Below the pieces are notes generated by a model. The model was not told the origin of the DNA. It did no database searches and worked only from the letters and a program-made list of their open reading frames with translations. A stretch of 56,851 nt of DNA from Bacillota bacterium (GTDB taxonomy: Bacteria; Bacillota; Clostridia; Tissierellales; Peptoniphilaceae), in assembly GCA_023393815.1 (NCBI GenBank), contig JAEXBU010000016.1, forward strand, positions 1 to 56,851, read 5' to 3'. The position numbers and the translations under genes are program-made. Shown piece by piece: positions 36,602 through 46,147 of this stretch. How positions within the stretch are numbered: position 1 is the stretch's first letter; each line of letters starts with the position of its first letter.

Positions 36602-37963
36602 TTAGTTCTTTGTGTATTTTTTCATAAATAACAAGTACGCAACCGTGTTTGCGCCCATAATCAGTACCCAAGAAATCGGATACGCCGATACTAGCAATCG
36701 ACACGCGCGGAGTGTCTCCATGTTCGGTGCGAAGCGATTAAATACGGCGATCACCCAGAAGATACGAAACACGCAATTGCCGAATAGGGCGGTGATCGTA
36801 GGAAAGGCGGATTGATTCATCCCCCGAAGGACGAACCCGGACGCGTCTTGCAGTCCCATTAAGGGGGCAAATGCCATGGTGGCGATCAACCCGATCTTTC
36901 CCGCCATTACGGACGCTTCGGAGTTGGGAGTGTATATGCGCAAAAGCGATTCTCCGAAAACGATCACCGCCGTCCCCAAAACCAGCCCGAGGAGTCCGTT
37001 GATGAGCAGGGTACAGCGGTAGGTTCTCTTTACCCTATCCATTTGTTTGGAACCGAAATTTTGCCCCGTAAAGGTCATGCAGCCCTGACTGAATGCGTTC
37101 AAAGAGAGGGCGACAAAGGCCATAATATTTCCGGATGCGGATTGCCCCGCGACAACCGCCGTTCCCAGAGAATTGAAAGAGCTTTGTGTCAATAACCCGG
37201 ATACGGAAATGAGGGTACTCTGCAAGCCTGTGGGCAGCCCCAATCGCACGATTTTTTTGAGTTCTCCTCGATCCATAGAAAACTCCGTCGGTTTCAGGTG
37301 AAATACTCCGTGGGTCTTCGTCAGTTTTCTCACCGTCAGTATCGCCGAAAGGTATTGGGAAACGATGGTAGCTATGGCGACGCCGGCGACGCCTAAGTGG
37401 ACGACGGTAACCAAAAAGACGTTGAGCGCTACATTGACGATGCCGGAAAAAAGCAGGTAACGGAAGGGAGATTTCGTGTCGCCTTTGGCGACCAAAATGG
37501 CTCTTGCGAAGGTGTAGATCATAAATCCGGGCTGACCGAGAAAAAAGATTTTCAAATAGGTGTTCGCCTGTCCGATAATGTCTTCCGGCGTACCCAGCAA
37601 TTCCAACAGAAAGGGGGAGATGAAAAGCCCAACGATGGCCGTAAATATGCCGAGAATCACGCCAAGAGTGTAGGTTGTATGGATCACCTTATGCAATTTG
37701 GTATTTCCACTTCCCAATTCCGTGGACATGACGACGGTGGCTCCAATGGACAGTCCCGTAAACAAGCTAACCAAAATATTGATAATAAAGCCCGTCGAAC
37801 CTACAGCGGCAACGGCCGTTTCGTCGACAAACTGTCCGATTACGACAATATCTGCGGCATTAAATAGTAACTGCAAAATATTGGCAAGCATGATGGGAAC
37901 GGAAAAGGCAATTAGAGGTTTCAGAATAGGTCCGTTCGTCGCATCCAATATATTATTTTTCAT
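36602..37963 (-). CDS. MATE-family efflux transporter
   Basis: PIMLANILQLLFNAADIVVIGQF, GDTKSP, GVAGVAIATIVSQ, GQNFG; 12 TM helices. Confidence 0.93.
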   Translation of the reverse strand: MKNNILDATNGPILKPLIAFSVPIMLANILQLLFNAADIVVIGQFVDETAVAAVGSTGFIINILVSLFTGLSIGATVVMSTELGSGNTKLHKVIHTTYTLGVILGIFTAIVGLFISPFLLELLGTPEDIIGQANTYLKIFFLGQPGFMIYTFARAILVAKGDTKSPFRYLLFSGIVNVALNVFLVTVVHLGVAGVAIATIVSQYLSAILTVRKLTKTHGVFHLKPTEFSMDRGELKKIVRLGLPTGLQSTLISVSGLLTQSSFNSLGTAVVAGQSASGNIMAFVALSLNAFSQGCMTFTGQNFGSKQMDRVKRTYRCTLLINGLLGLVLGTAVIVFGESLLRIYTPNSEASVMAGKIGLIATMAFAPLMGLQDASGFVLRGMNQSAFPTITALFGNCVFRIFWVIAVFNRFAPNMETLRACRLLVSAYPISWVLIMGANTVAYLLFMKKYTKN

Positions 37964-38099
37964 TTCACGCTTCTCCTCGCTGTTAATATACACATGTGGC
38001 ATATTATAGTAAAATGGAAGAAAGTCACGCAATGGTCAGTTTCCCGATTCTGAGGAGTAAGCCTCACATCCGACGTTATGAGTATTAAAAGAGGTCCCC

Positions 38100-38678
38100 A
38101 TGAAAGAATATAAAAAGGATTTGCGGTACAAAAAGACCCACGAAGCAATTCAACTGCATTTTCGCGAGTTGTTAAAGACGACGCCTTACGAAAAAATATC
38201 GGTCACTTCTCTGGCGAAAAACGCCGGCATCAACAGAAAAACTTTCTATCTCCACTACGGTACCCTCGACGATCTTTTGCAGGAATTGGGCCGCGAGATT
38301 GTATCGAAGGGAACTTCGCGCGTCGAGAATTTCACGCTCCCGCAGGATTTAAGAAAGCTTATTTTTACGATTTACGCCTACTGGGAATCTCTGAGCCAAG
38401 AAGACACGAAAATCTTCCGCCTCAATCTCTCATCCGCCAATGTTTCCGGATTTACACAACATATGCGAGACACTTTCACGAATTTTGATGCGAATTTTCA
38501 GGGCGGAGATCCCAAGATGCAAAAAGTTGCGCTGGCTTTTATCGTCTATTCTATGGGGGTCTTTTACCGGGAATGGACGCTTTACCATACTGTTTCCACC
38601 CTCGAAGAGGCGGTGGATTTGGCCTATACCTTTATCACGAACGGCATAGGCGCAAGTAACAAGGCCTCCGATCTCTAA
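38100..38678 (+). CDS. TetR/AcrR-family regulator, divergent from the MATE gene
   Basis: DLRYKKT, ISVTSLAKNAGINRKTFYLHY. Confidence 0.93.
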   Translation: MKEYKKDLRYKKTHEAIQLHFRELLKTTPYEKISVTSLAKNAGINRKTFYLHYGTLDDLLQELGREIVSKGTSRVENFTLPQDLRKLIFTIYAYWESLSQEDTKIFRLNLSSANVSGFTQHMRDTFTNFDANFQGGDPKMQKVALAFIVYSMGVFYREWTLYHTVSTLEEAVDLAYTFITNGIGASNKASDL

Positions 38679-38695
38679 TACACCTTCCGTCGAAA

Positions 38696-38738
38696 GAAAA
38701 AAGCCCCTCTCCGTTCACCGCGGAGAGAGGCTTTTTTG
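38696..38738. terminator. Bidirectional terminator between TetR and tRNA-Pro
   Basis: AAAAAAGCC.CTCTCCG-loop-CGGAGAG.GGCTTTTTT. Confidence 0.75.
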
Positions 38739-38922
38739 TGCAAAGGCATATACTCCCCTATCGAAAGAAATCGGCCGAAGCCGTTAAGGAAAAGACGCGC
38801 ACCGGAAAAGAAAAATCGGGATGACGTGTCAAAACCAACAACAACCACACGCAACCAGAAGGAAATAAAAAAATAAAAACGGCTGAATTGCAACGCTAGA
38901 AGCAATCAGCCGCAATCACAAA

Positions 38923-38999
38923 TGGTCGAGATGACAGGATTTGAACCTGCGACCCCATGTCCCCCAGACATGTACGCTACCAAACTGCGCCACATCTCG
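38923..38999 (-). tRNA. tRNA-Pro (anticodon GGG), CCA encoded
   Basis: CGAGATGTGGCGCAGTTTGGTAGCGTACATGTCTGGGGGACATGGGGTCGCAGGTTCAAATCCTGTCATCTCGACCA folds as a cloverleaf. Confidence 0.97.
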
Positions 39000-39012
39000 T
39001 TGTGATAGTAGT

Positions 39013-39041
39013 ATTATAACAACTTTACGAGTCCTTTGCAA
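39013..39041 (-). promoter_or_regulatory. sigmaA promoter of tRNA-Pro
   Basis: TTGCAA-17nt-TATAAT with TG extended -10. Confidence 0.8.
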
Positions 39042-39326
39042 GTAGTCGGCACATATTTTTATTTTAGAGGATCTCTAAAGATCGGGCTGTCCATGGTCGC
39101 GGATATACAACCACAGGCCGAAAAAATGCCGAACCCTTTAAAATGCTTTACCGAGGATAAAAAGCGCGACGCGTCTTTCCGCCTTTCTCAAATTTTTCGT
39201 ACATAAAAAGGAGCCTGCCCCACATGGGAAGCCTGTATAGGCTCCCACGCAGGATAGACCCAAAAAAGCGCATTCCGGAAATTTTCTTAAACTCCCTTAT
39301 TTCATACACCTTTCGTTTCTTTTTCT

Positions 39327-40934
39327 TTAATACATTAAATCGTAAACATCCCAAAGGGTAAGCTCTTGGTTTATACCATCTTCCAGACCTTTGTGTCTTT
39401 CTTTTACTCCGTCCAGATGTGCTTCGTTGAAAAGGATGTATTCTCTTCCATCTCCCATGGCTGTAAACAACTTCTTTGCCGTATTTTCGTCGGCCTCGTC
39501 CGCATCCGGGCAGAAGATGCCCAGCTTGATGTGGTCGATGTGTGCCATTTTCAGTTGATCCTGTACGCATTCTAAGCCCGCAACCAAGCCATGTTTCGAC
39601 GCTTGATAAGACGGATTGTGCCCGGTTCCGAACAGTAGCCCTTCAATGGAAGCTGTAGCGACGACATTCGCCTTCGTCTTTTGCTTCATCATAACGGGAA
39701 GAACTTCTTTCAGATAATAGATCGGCTCCATCAGATTCACGCCGATTACCCGATCCCAATCTTCTTTATTCGTAGTCGCTATATCGTCGCTTACGGTAGC
39801 TTCCGCTCCTAAGAATAATACGTCGATTGCGCCATATTCGTCCATGCACGTTTTGACCGATTCCTTTACGTCTTCATAGCCCGACGGGTCTTTTTGGATT
39901 CCTATAACGGGCGCATCCAGGTCTTTTATTTCGGAAACCAGCGCATCCAGTGCGTCGCGGTCCGCATCTACCAAGGCAAGTTTCATTCCCTTATCTGCCG
40001 CTTCTTTCGCAAAGGCCTTTCCGTAGCCTTTGCCTGCACCTGTGATGAGGGCAACTTTTCCCTTATAATCTTCCGCAGACGCTCCATCGACCGGTACATG
40101 GAAGGCTTTTTCTATGGCTCTGTGGCGCAGATCCAATTTTTCCATAAACTTCGGATGGGTTTGTACGTACAGTTGATTTTCTTCTATGGCTTTGAACAGG
40201 CGGAAGCCTACGTCGTCGATCGGCATCCCCGTTTGGATGGATACGCTTAAGAACTTCATCAGGCCTTTATACATATCGGACTTGTAGAATGGATTGTCGT
40301 CATCGTGAAACCGTTCCGGACGATGGCGTTCCGTGTGGTGGAAGTCGGTTTGGATAAATCCGGGGCAGAATACGGAAACGCCGATATAGTCGATCCCATT
40401 GTTTTTCAGATACGTTTTTACATTTTCCGCCAGAACCAAGGTGGCGTGTTTCGTCGCGGAATAGGTAAGGCCTGTGGCAGATCCGTGAAGAATGCCCGCA
40501 ATCGAAGATACTTCCATAATATGCGCAGGCGTTTTTTGCTTGATCATAATCGGCAAAACTTCCATTAACATATACGCATGGCCACTCGTGTTGACAGCAA
40601 CGCCCCAATCGAAGTCGACCACCGGCATATGGACCACGTCGCCCAGAGGGCAAACGCCGGCGTTGTCGTAGAGGACGTCGATTCTTCCGAATTTGTCCAT
40701 TACTTCTTTTACAGTTCTTTTGACTTCTTCGTACACGGAAAGATCCGCCGTTACCGTCATTACGTCGCTTACTCCGAGTTGACGAAGCAATACTTTTACG
40801 CCGAAGACGTCACTTTCGTCGATATCTACCAGGGCAACTTTCATTCCGCGTCTTGCCGCTTCTATGGCAAAAGTTTTGCCGAATCCATTTCCCGCTCCCG
40901 ATACAAGAGCTACTTTTTCGCTAAATCCTTTCAT
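39327..40934 (-). CDS. Tandem two-domain short-chain dehydrogenase/reductase
   Basis: Two Rossmann folds (SGAGNGFG; TGAGKGYG), each with a catalytic YxxxK (YSATK; YQASK). Confidence 0.9.
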   Translation of the reverse strand: MKGFSEKVALVSGAGNGFGKTFAIEAARRGMKVALVDIDESDVFGVKVLLRQLGVSDVMTVTADLSVYEEVKRTVKEVMDKFGRIDVLYDNAGVCPLGDVVHMPVVDFDWGVAVNTSGHAYMLMEVLPIMIKQKTPAHIMEVSSIAGILHGSATGLTYSATKHATLVLAENVKTYLKNNGIDYIGVSVFCPGFIQTDFHHTERHRPERFHDDDNPFYKSDMYKGLMKFLSVSIQTGMPIDDVGFRLFKAIEENQLYVQTHPKFMEKLDLRHRAIEKAFHVPVDGASAEDYKGKVALITGAGKGYGKAFAKEAADKGMKLALVDADRDALDALVSEIKDLDAPVIGIQKDPSGYEDVKESVKTCMDEYGAIDVLFLGAEATVSDDIATTNKEDWDRVIGVNLMEPIYYLKEVLPVMMKQKTKANVVATASIEGLLFGTGHNPSYQASKHGLVAGLECVQDQLKMAHIDHIKLGIFCPDADEADENTAKKLFTAMGDGREYILFNEAHLDGVKERHKGLEDGINQELTLWDVYDLMY

Positions 40935-40947
40935 CGTTTTTCCCCCA

Positions 40948-42912
40948 TTAATAATTCCAAGCGACGTTGTAAGCGTCTCTTAATGCTTCTAGTACGGTTC
41001 CTATTTTTTGGCTGTCGCCGTAGCTTCGAACGGTATCGCAAATGCCTTCAAACTCCTTGACGCAATCCGGTTGCGGTCTGCTTCCCAAGGCAAGTATGAC
41101 CGTATCGAAAGCAAGCTCTTTGATGCTTCCCATGTCATCGCCTTGTGCCAATACTTTCACCTTAATTCCCGTGTCCGTAACTTCCACCAATTGATGGAGG
41201 GGCAAGAAGTTTACATTTTCTTCTTCCAGCTTTTTCAGTACGATGTTGCGAACTCTCGCGATTTCACTGGCGCCTATCGTGCCCGTCATTTCCACGATCG
41301 ATACGTCTCTGTCCTCATCTTCCGTCTTTAAGGTGTCCGCTATTTCAAGGCCGGTGGCGCCAGATCCGATGACGGCCACTCTCTTGCCCGCTTTCTTTCT
41401 TCCTTCCAGGTAATCTTCTGCGACGATGACTTTGTCGGAATCGACGCCTTCAATCGGAGGTCTCATGGGGTTACCGCCGACACAGACGAAAATAGCTTCG
41501 GGGTGTAGTCCGGATACATTTTCTCTGTTCGCTTCCGTGTTCATTCGAACGTCCACGCCGGCTTCTTCCAATTCCGTCTTTTCCGTATCTAAAAACCATG
41601 CCAGTTTTTCTTTGTCATTTCCAAGAGAGCCGACGTGCAATGCTCCGCCCAGATGATCGTTCTTTTCGAATAAGGTCACATCGAAGCCTCTCTTTGCCAG
41701 AAGAATGGCCGTTTGCATTCCGGCAGGGCCGCCGCCGACTACGACCGTCTTTCTTCCGTCGCCGTCTTTTCTTAATTTGTTTTCGTCAAAATGCGCTTCG
41801 TTGCCCAAGATGGGGTTGACGGAACATTCTACATGACGCCCTTTCGATTCCGCTTCGATGCAGCGGTTGCAACCGATACATTTTCGGATCAAATCGCTTC
41901 TGCCTTCTTGCGCTTTCTTCGCCCAGTGCGAATCGGCCAATTGGCCTCTTCCTACCGATACAAAGTCACATACGCCTTCTTCCAAAAGCCCTTCCGCAAA
42001 CTCCGGCTCTTTAATGACGTTGATGGCAAATACAGGAATATTTACAGCGTCTTTTACAGCCTTGGCGATGTATTTACGGGATCCTTGTTTGTAAGAATAC
42101 ATAGGAATAATTTCTTGTGCGGTTTCATAGATCCCACAAGATACGTGGATATAATCTACGCCTGTTTCTTCCAGGTGTTTGGCGATCTTTACAGCCAAAT
42201 CTTTCGTAATTCCTTCTTCTCCCATAAATTCATCGGCAGAAATACGAATTCCTAAGGGAAATTTCGGTCCGCAAATTTTTCGAATTCCTAGAATGATTTC
42301 ATCGACGAACCGCATTCTATTTTCAAACGATCCGCCGTAGGCGTCCGTACGTCGATTGGAAAACGGCGACATCCATTGATTGAGTAAATACCCGTGCGCT
42401 GCGTGAAGTTCCACGCCGTCCATTCCCGCAAGCTTCGCAAAAACGGCCGCTTTAATGTATTTGCCTTGAATATCTTTCGCTTCTTCTATCGTCAGTTCGT
42501 GCGGCATTTCCTTGCATCGTTCCGTCGTAAAGGCGGACGGTGCGACAACTCCCGCGCCGTCGGGGTTCATTGCGGAAGAACCTTCGCGTCCCGGGTGGTG
42601 CACTTGTAAAAATATTTTTGTTCCGTAGGCGTGTACCCGATCTGCCAATCGTTGAAGACCGGCGATATGTCCCAGCCGCGTCGCCGCAATTTGCGTTGCC
42701 AATCCCCAGCCGTGTACATCGTCAACTCGGCAGATTTCCGTAATAATAAGGCCGCAGCCTCCTTTGGCTCTCTCTTCATAATAGCGAATCATATCTTCCG
42801 TTACTTCGCCGTTAAGATTTGCAAGGCCCGTGCCCATCGGCGGCATAACGACCCTGTTTTTTAATGTGAGACTGCCAATTTGTCCTTGTTCAAACAGTTT
42901 CTTCAATTCCAT
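40948..42912 (-). CDS. BaiCD/BaiH-like Fe-S flavoenzyme (old-yellow-enzyme barrel + FAD/NAD domain; ene-reductase)
   Basis: LKNRVVMPPM, ELHAAHGYLLNQ, NRRTDAYGGS, CIGCNRC-x11-C 4Fe-4S motif, VVGGGPAG, VIGSGATGLE. Confidence 0.92.
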   Translation of the reverse strand: MELKKLFEQGQIGSLTLKNRVVMPPMGTGLANLNGEVTEDMIRYYEERAKGGCGLIITEICRVDDVHGWGLATQIAATRLGHIAGLQRLADRVHAYGTKIFLQVHHPGREGSSAMNPDGAGVVAPSAFTTERCKEMPHELTIEEAKDIQGKYIKAAVFAKLAGMDGVELHAAHGYLLNQWMSPFSNRRTDAYGGSFENRMRFVDEIILGIRKICGPKFPLGIRISADEFMGEEGITKDLAVKIAKHLEETGVDYIHVSCGIYETAQEIIPMYSYKQGSRKYIAKAVKDAVNIPVFAINVIKEPEFAEGLLEEGVCDFVSVGRGQLADSHWAKKAQEGRSDLIRKCIGCNRCIEAESKGRHVECSVNPILGNEAHFDENKLRKDGDGRKTVVVGGGPAGMQTAILLAKRGFDVTLFEKNDHLGGALHVGSLGNDKEKLAWFLDTEKTELEEAGVDVRMNTEANRENVSGLHPEAIFVCVGGNPMRPPIEGVDSDKVIVAEDYLEGRKKAGKRVAVIGSGATGLEIADTLKTEDEDRDVSIVEMTGTIGASEIARVRNIVLKKLEEENVNFLPLHQLVEVTDTGIKVKVLAQGDDMGSIKELAFDTVILALGSRPQPDCVKEFEGICDTVRSYGDSQKIGTVLEALRDAYNVAWNY

Positions 42913-43186
42913 ACGATCACCTTTCTACATTCCTATAACTCTGGTTACCAAACGTTTTCCTCAATCATAGACTAAAACAAAAAAAAATTTATGTCAAGTA
43001 TCAAGTTTTGGAATTGCGGCATGACATCTATTTATACTTTTCCTGTCATTCGAAGAAATCGGCTCGATCGGGTTTTCTAAGGAAAAAATAACCCTTCGGG
43101 GCATGAAACTTTCCGAAGGGCGACTTCCGTTTGATCCGCTCCGCGGCGGCAAACATTCCTTATAAAATTTTCCCGGAACGCTTTTT

Positions 43187-43879
43187 TCAGCTTTGATCGC
43201 GGAATTTGCGATACCGCATAAATTCGTCAAAATCGTCGATGATAAGAAACGGGTTCACTTGCTTTTCTTTTCCTATCGTCGTCGGAAGGGTGGGCAACCC
43301 TTCTTCGCGCAGGCGGCGCACTCGCTCCAGTTCTTTTTTCGCGATGTCGTTTTTTACATACGTTACGCTCTGTTGTAAATTGGACAAGGAATATTCGTGG
43401 GCGGGATAGACTTTCACCCCATCGTCCAAGGTTTTTAACCCTTGCAAGGTCTTGAACATGGCTTTGTAGTCGCCGCTGAAGACGCGGCCGCAGCCGGAGA
43501 GAAAGAGGGTGTCTCCGATGAACAGATGCTCGCCCATGGCATAGGCGACGTGGCCTTCCGTGTGTCCGGGCGTGGCGATCACTTCAAAGGTCTCGCCCAA
43601 CAGGTCGATGGACTCGCCCCCTTTCACCACGTCGGTGGCCCGCTTCGTTTCTTCCGGCCCGTAGACCGGCACGGGATACGCCTTTCGCAGGGCATTCACG
43701 CCGCCAATGTGATCCGGATGCTTATGGGTTAAGAGTACGGCTTCCAACGTGTAGCCTTTTTGCCCTATCACGCGCAACAGAAGATCCGCTTCGGAGGGAT
43801 CGACGACGACGATTCTTTTTTCTTTTTCGATGATCCAAATATAATTGTCCGACAGTGCCGGCAAGGGCATAATCTTCAT
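43187..43879 (-). CDS. gloB: Hydroxyacylglutathione hydrolase (glyoxalase II)-like MBL-fold hydrolase
   Basis: DNYIW, THKHPDHIGG, TPGHT, GDTLFLSGCGR, AHEY, NPFL. Confidence 0.9.
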   Translation of the reverse strand: MKIMPLPALSDNYIWIIEKEKRIVVVDPSEADLLLRVIGQKGYTLEAVLLTHKHPDHIGGVNALRKAYPVPVYGPEETKRATDVVKGGESIDLLGETFEVIATPGHTEGHVAYAMGEHLFIGDTLFLSGCGRVFSGDYKAMFKTLQGLKTLDDGVKVYPAHEYSLSNLQQSVTYVKNDIAKKELERVRRLREEGLPTLPTTIGKEKQVNPFLIIDDFDEFMRYRKFRDQS

Positions 43880-43963
43880 TTCCTTCACCTCACGACATTC
43901 ATACCCAAGAAAGGGCGACGCCACCGATTTCTCTCGTGAAAAACGGTGGCGCATCCTTTTTAT

Positions 43964-45124
43964 TTACAGCATTTCTACAAACGCGGTTAAGCGGGTATTT
44001 AATTGACCTACGTCGGCTTGAGAATAGTCGGTTTCTACGGCGATGTAGGGGATGTTTTTCTTTTCGTTGGCAAATTTTTGAATGGTCGAGGATTCAATAT
44101 TGTAAGTGTGGCAAGCGGTCAGGACGATTTCCACGACGCCGTCCACCTTGTACTTGTCGATGAGGTAGTCTAACAGTTCGATGCGATTCGGATTCGGCGT
44201 CATGACGGAACAACCGATTTGAATGTAGCGATCGGCCAAGGCGTCGATCAGTTCGTCTAAGGTTTCGCCGCTGTCGTCGACAAAGTATTGGGATTGTTTT
44301 TCTCCGATGCAGTTTTCGAAGCTTACGACTACCGCACCGTTATCTTCTAGGGCTTTAATGACTTTTTGGGGCGCACCGCCAGAGGGGCAGCCGGTAATCA
44401 AAATTCTCGGCTTCTTTTCCCTTTTGGCGGGATCGTATTCTGCCAGGATCTTTTCTTTCACTTCGTCCAATTCTTTGGGAACGGATTCTTTGTCGAAATT
44501 GTAAAAATTGGAATTTAAGACGGAATGAATGTCGAAACCGTCTACGGGTGTCGGATCGTTTACCATGACTTCGCACAGTTCTTGCCGCGCCCGACGAATG
44601 TCGTTGGTGACTTCTATGGCTTTCTTCAGATTTTCATAGGTAAGTTCGGTGTCGAAGCGTTCTTCCAAAAACGCGGCGACTTTGCGCACTTCTTTTTTCC
44701 AAAGTTCGCGGGCATCGGCGGATTGGGAATTGGGAAGCTCCATAATGTAGACGTCTTTAAATTCGCTCATCATTTCGTACATTTTCTTCTTTCCGTCACA
44801 GGTGGTTTCCCCGATGACCACGTCGGAGAAGTGGAAGAAGGGACACTTGTCCGTTTTGCCGAAACCGTAGCTGGATTTAATCAAAGGGCACAGGTTCTTC
44901 GGCAGGTCTTTTTCCGCTTCGGCCACGGTTTCGTCGCTGGTGGAGCAAAGGCCCACAGTGGCGAGACCCATGGCGTGGGCGATTTCTTGAGGAAAATACG
45001 TACAGTAGATGCCTACGACGGGAATATTTTGATCTTTCACCTTTTTTACGTTCATAAAACCGGTTTTTCTGGCGTCTGCAAATTCATCGAAAATTTCCGG
45101 CAAGTCCTTAATGATTTTTTCCAT
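43964..45124 (-). CDS. Double-cubane-cluster anaerobic reductase (YjiM/DCCP, HgdB-like fold)
   Basis: GIYCTYFPQE, LPKNLCPLIKSSYG, DKCPFF, GETTCDGKKKMYE, TGCP, ENC, IGCS, CHTYNIE, ETDYS. Confidence 0.88.
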   Translation of the reverse strand: MEKIIKDLPEIFDEFADARKTGFMNVKKVKDQNIPVVGIYCTYFPQEIAHAMGLATVGLCSTSDETVAEAEKDLPKNLCPLIKSSYGFGKTDKCPFFHFSDVVIGETTCDGKKKMYEMMSEFKDVYIMELPNSQSADARELWKKEVRKVAAFLEERFDTELTYENLKKAIEVTNDIRRARQELCEVMVNDPTPVDGFDIHSVLNSNFYNFDKESVPKELDEVKEKILAEYDPAKREKKPRILITGCPSGGAPQKVIKALEDNGAVVVSFENCIGEKQSQYFVDDSGETLDELIDALADRYIQIGCSVMTPNPNRIELLDYLIDKYKVDGVVEIVLTACHTYNIESSTIQKFANEKKNIPYIAVETDYSQADVGQLNTRLTAFVEML

Positions 45125-45132
45125 GTTTCCTC

Positions 45133-45915
45133 CTATATTCCTTTCTGTCCGTTTCTTTTTTTCTTTTCCTTGGCGAGCAGAGCCGCGCCGATGGCTCCTG
45201 CAAATTGACCCTTGTCACTGTTCCACACACGGCGATCCAATTTTTCCGAAAGTACCTCTGCGAAATAAGGTACTTGGCTCAATCCTCCAGTCAAAATAAC
45301 TTTTTCGGGAAAACTCATGCGGCCCGTGAGCCCCGCGACTTTGTTGGCCACCGAGTCCACGACGCCGGCGGCGATGTCTTCCCTCGGCCGCCCCTCGCCG
45401 ATGTAGCTGATAATTTCCGATTCGGCAAAGACCGTGCACAGGGAGCTGATAGAAATTTTTTCGCCGATCTTTGCCATTTCAAAGAGCTCGGTCATGTCCA
45501 CGGCCAAGCGGTTGGCCATGACTTCTAAAAATTTTCCCGTGCCGGCGGAGCACTTGTCGTTCATTAAAAAGTCTTTCACCATGCCGCCTTCCACGAGGAT
45601 GACCTTCGTGTCCTGACCGCCCACATCGATAACACCCACATCGTCGCCGGCGAGTTCTCTGGCGCCGCGGCCGTGGCAGGTAATCTCGGTAACGACAAAA
45701 TCGGCGAAGTCCACGGAAACGCGACCGTATCCCGTGGCCACCACGCGCACATCGTCGCTTCTGACGTCGATTGACCGGCGCAGCAGGCGCTTTTCAATTC
45801 CCCGAGCCGTTTCCACGGAGCTCCAACCGGTGGGTTCAACAAACCGAACCGCTTTGTCGCCGAAACCCCACACCTTTGCCGCCGTCGAGCCGATGTCGAT
45901 TCCAATAAATTGCAA
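45133..45915 (-). CDS. ATP-dependent activase/reductase partner (YjiL/DCCP-R, HgdC-like ASKHA ATPase)
   Basis: GIDIGST, TGYGR, EITCH, IDVGGQDTK, MNDKCSAGTG, CTVFAESE; TTG start after AAGGAG. Confidence 0.9.
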   Translation of the reverse strand: MQFIGIDIGSTAAKVWGFGDKAVRFVEPTGWSSVETARGIEKRLLRRSIDVRSDDVRVVATGYGRVSVDFADFVVTEITCHGRGARELAGDDVGVIDVGGQDTKVILVEGGMVKDFLMNDKCSAGTGKFLEVMANRLAVDMTELFEMAKIGEKISISSLCTVFAESEIISYIGEGRPREDIAAGVVDSVANKVAGLTGRMSFPEKVILTGGLSQVPYFAEVLSEKLDRRVWNSDKGQFAGAIGAALLAKEKKKRNGQKGI

Positions 45916-45919
45916 TGCA

Positions 45920-46147
45920 TTACTCCTTCCGGTGCAAAATCTCGACAAAATCCAATTGCTTTTCCTTCATCAGCCGCCTAAGATCCGTCTCTTCCCGTAA
46001 ATCGTGTTTCCACGCGTAGCCGCAACCGGCACTAAGATCGTCGGGCAGGGGCATGAGTTTGCCGTGAAGTCCTTTCGCCTCCACGGCCTCTTCCATGGCG
46101 ATGGCGTCGGTAACATTTTCAAAGGTGACGATCAGTACATCCTCCAT
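45920..46147 (-). CDS. Small DUF3343-like putative S/Se carrier
   Basis: 75 aa; TFENVTDAIAME, PLPDDLSAGCG motif. Confidence 0.8.
   Translation of the reverse strand: MEDVLIVTFENVTDAIAMEEAVEAKGLHGKLMPLPDDLSAGCGYAWKHDLREETDLRRLMKEKQLDFVEILHRKE

Noticed and set aside
38923..38999. tRNA-Pro as an active integration site
   Set aside because: No integrase and no duplicated tRNA 3' end; the 10-nt match AATGGTCGAG at about 44081 lies inside a CDS and is probably chance
39327..42912. Calling the module a bai (bile acid 7-dehydroxylation) operon
   Set aside because: No baiB, baiE, baiF or baiG homologues; family membership alone does not fix the substrate
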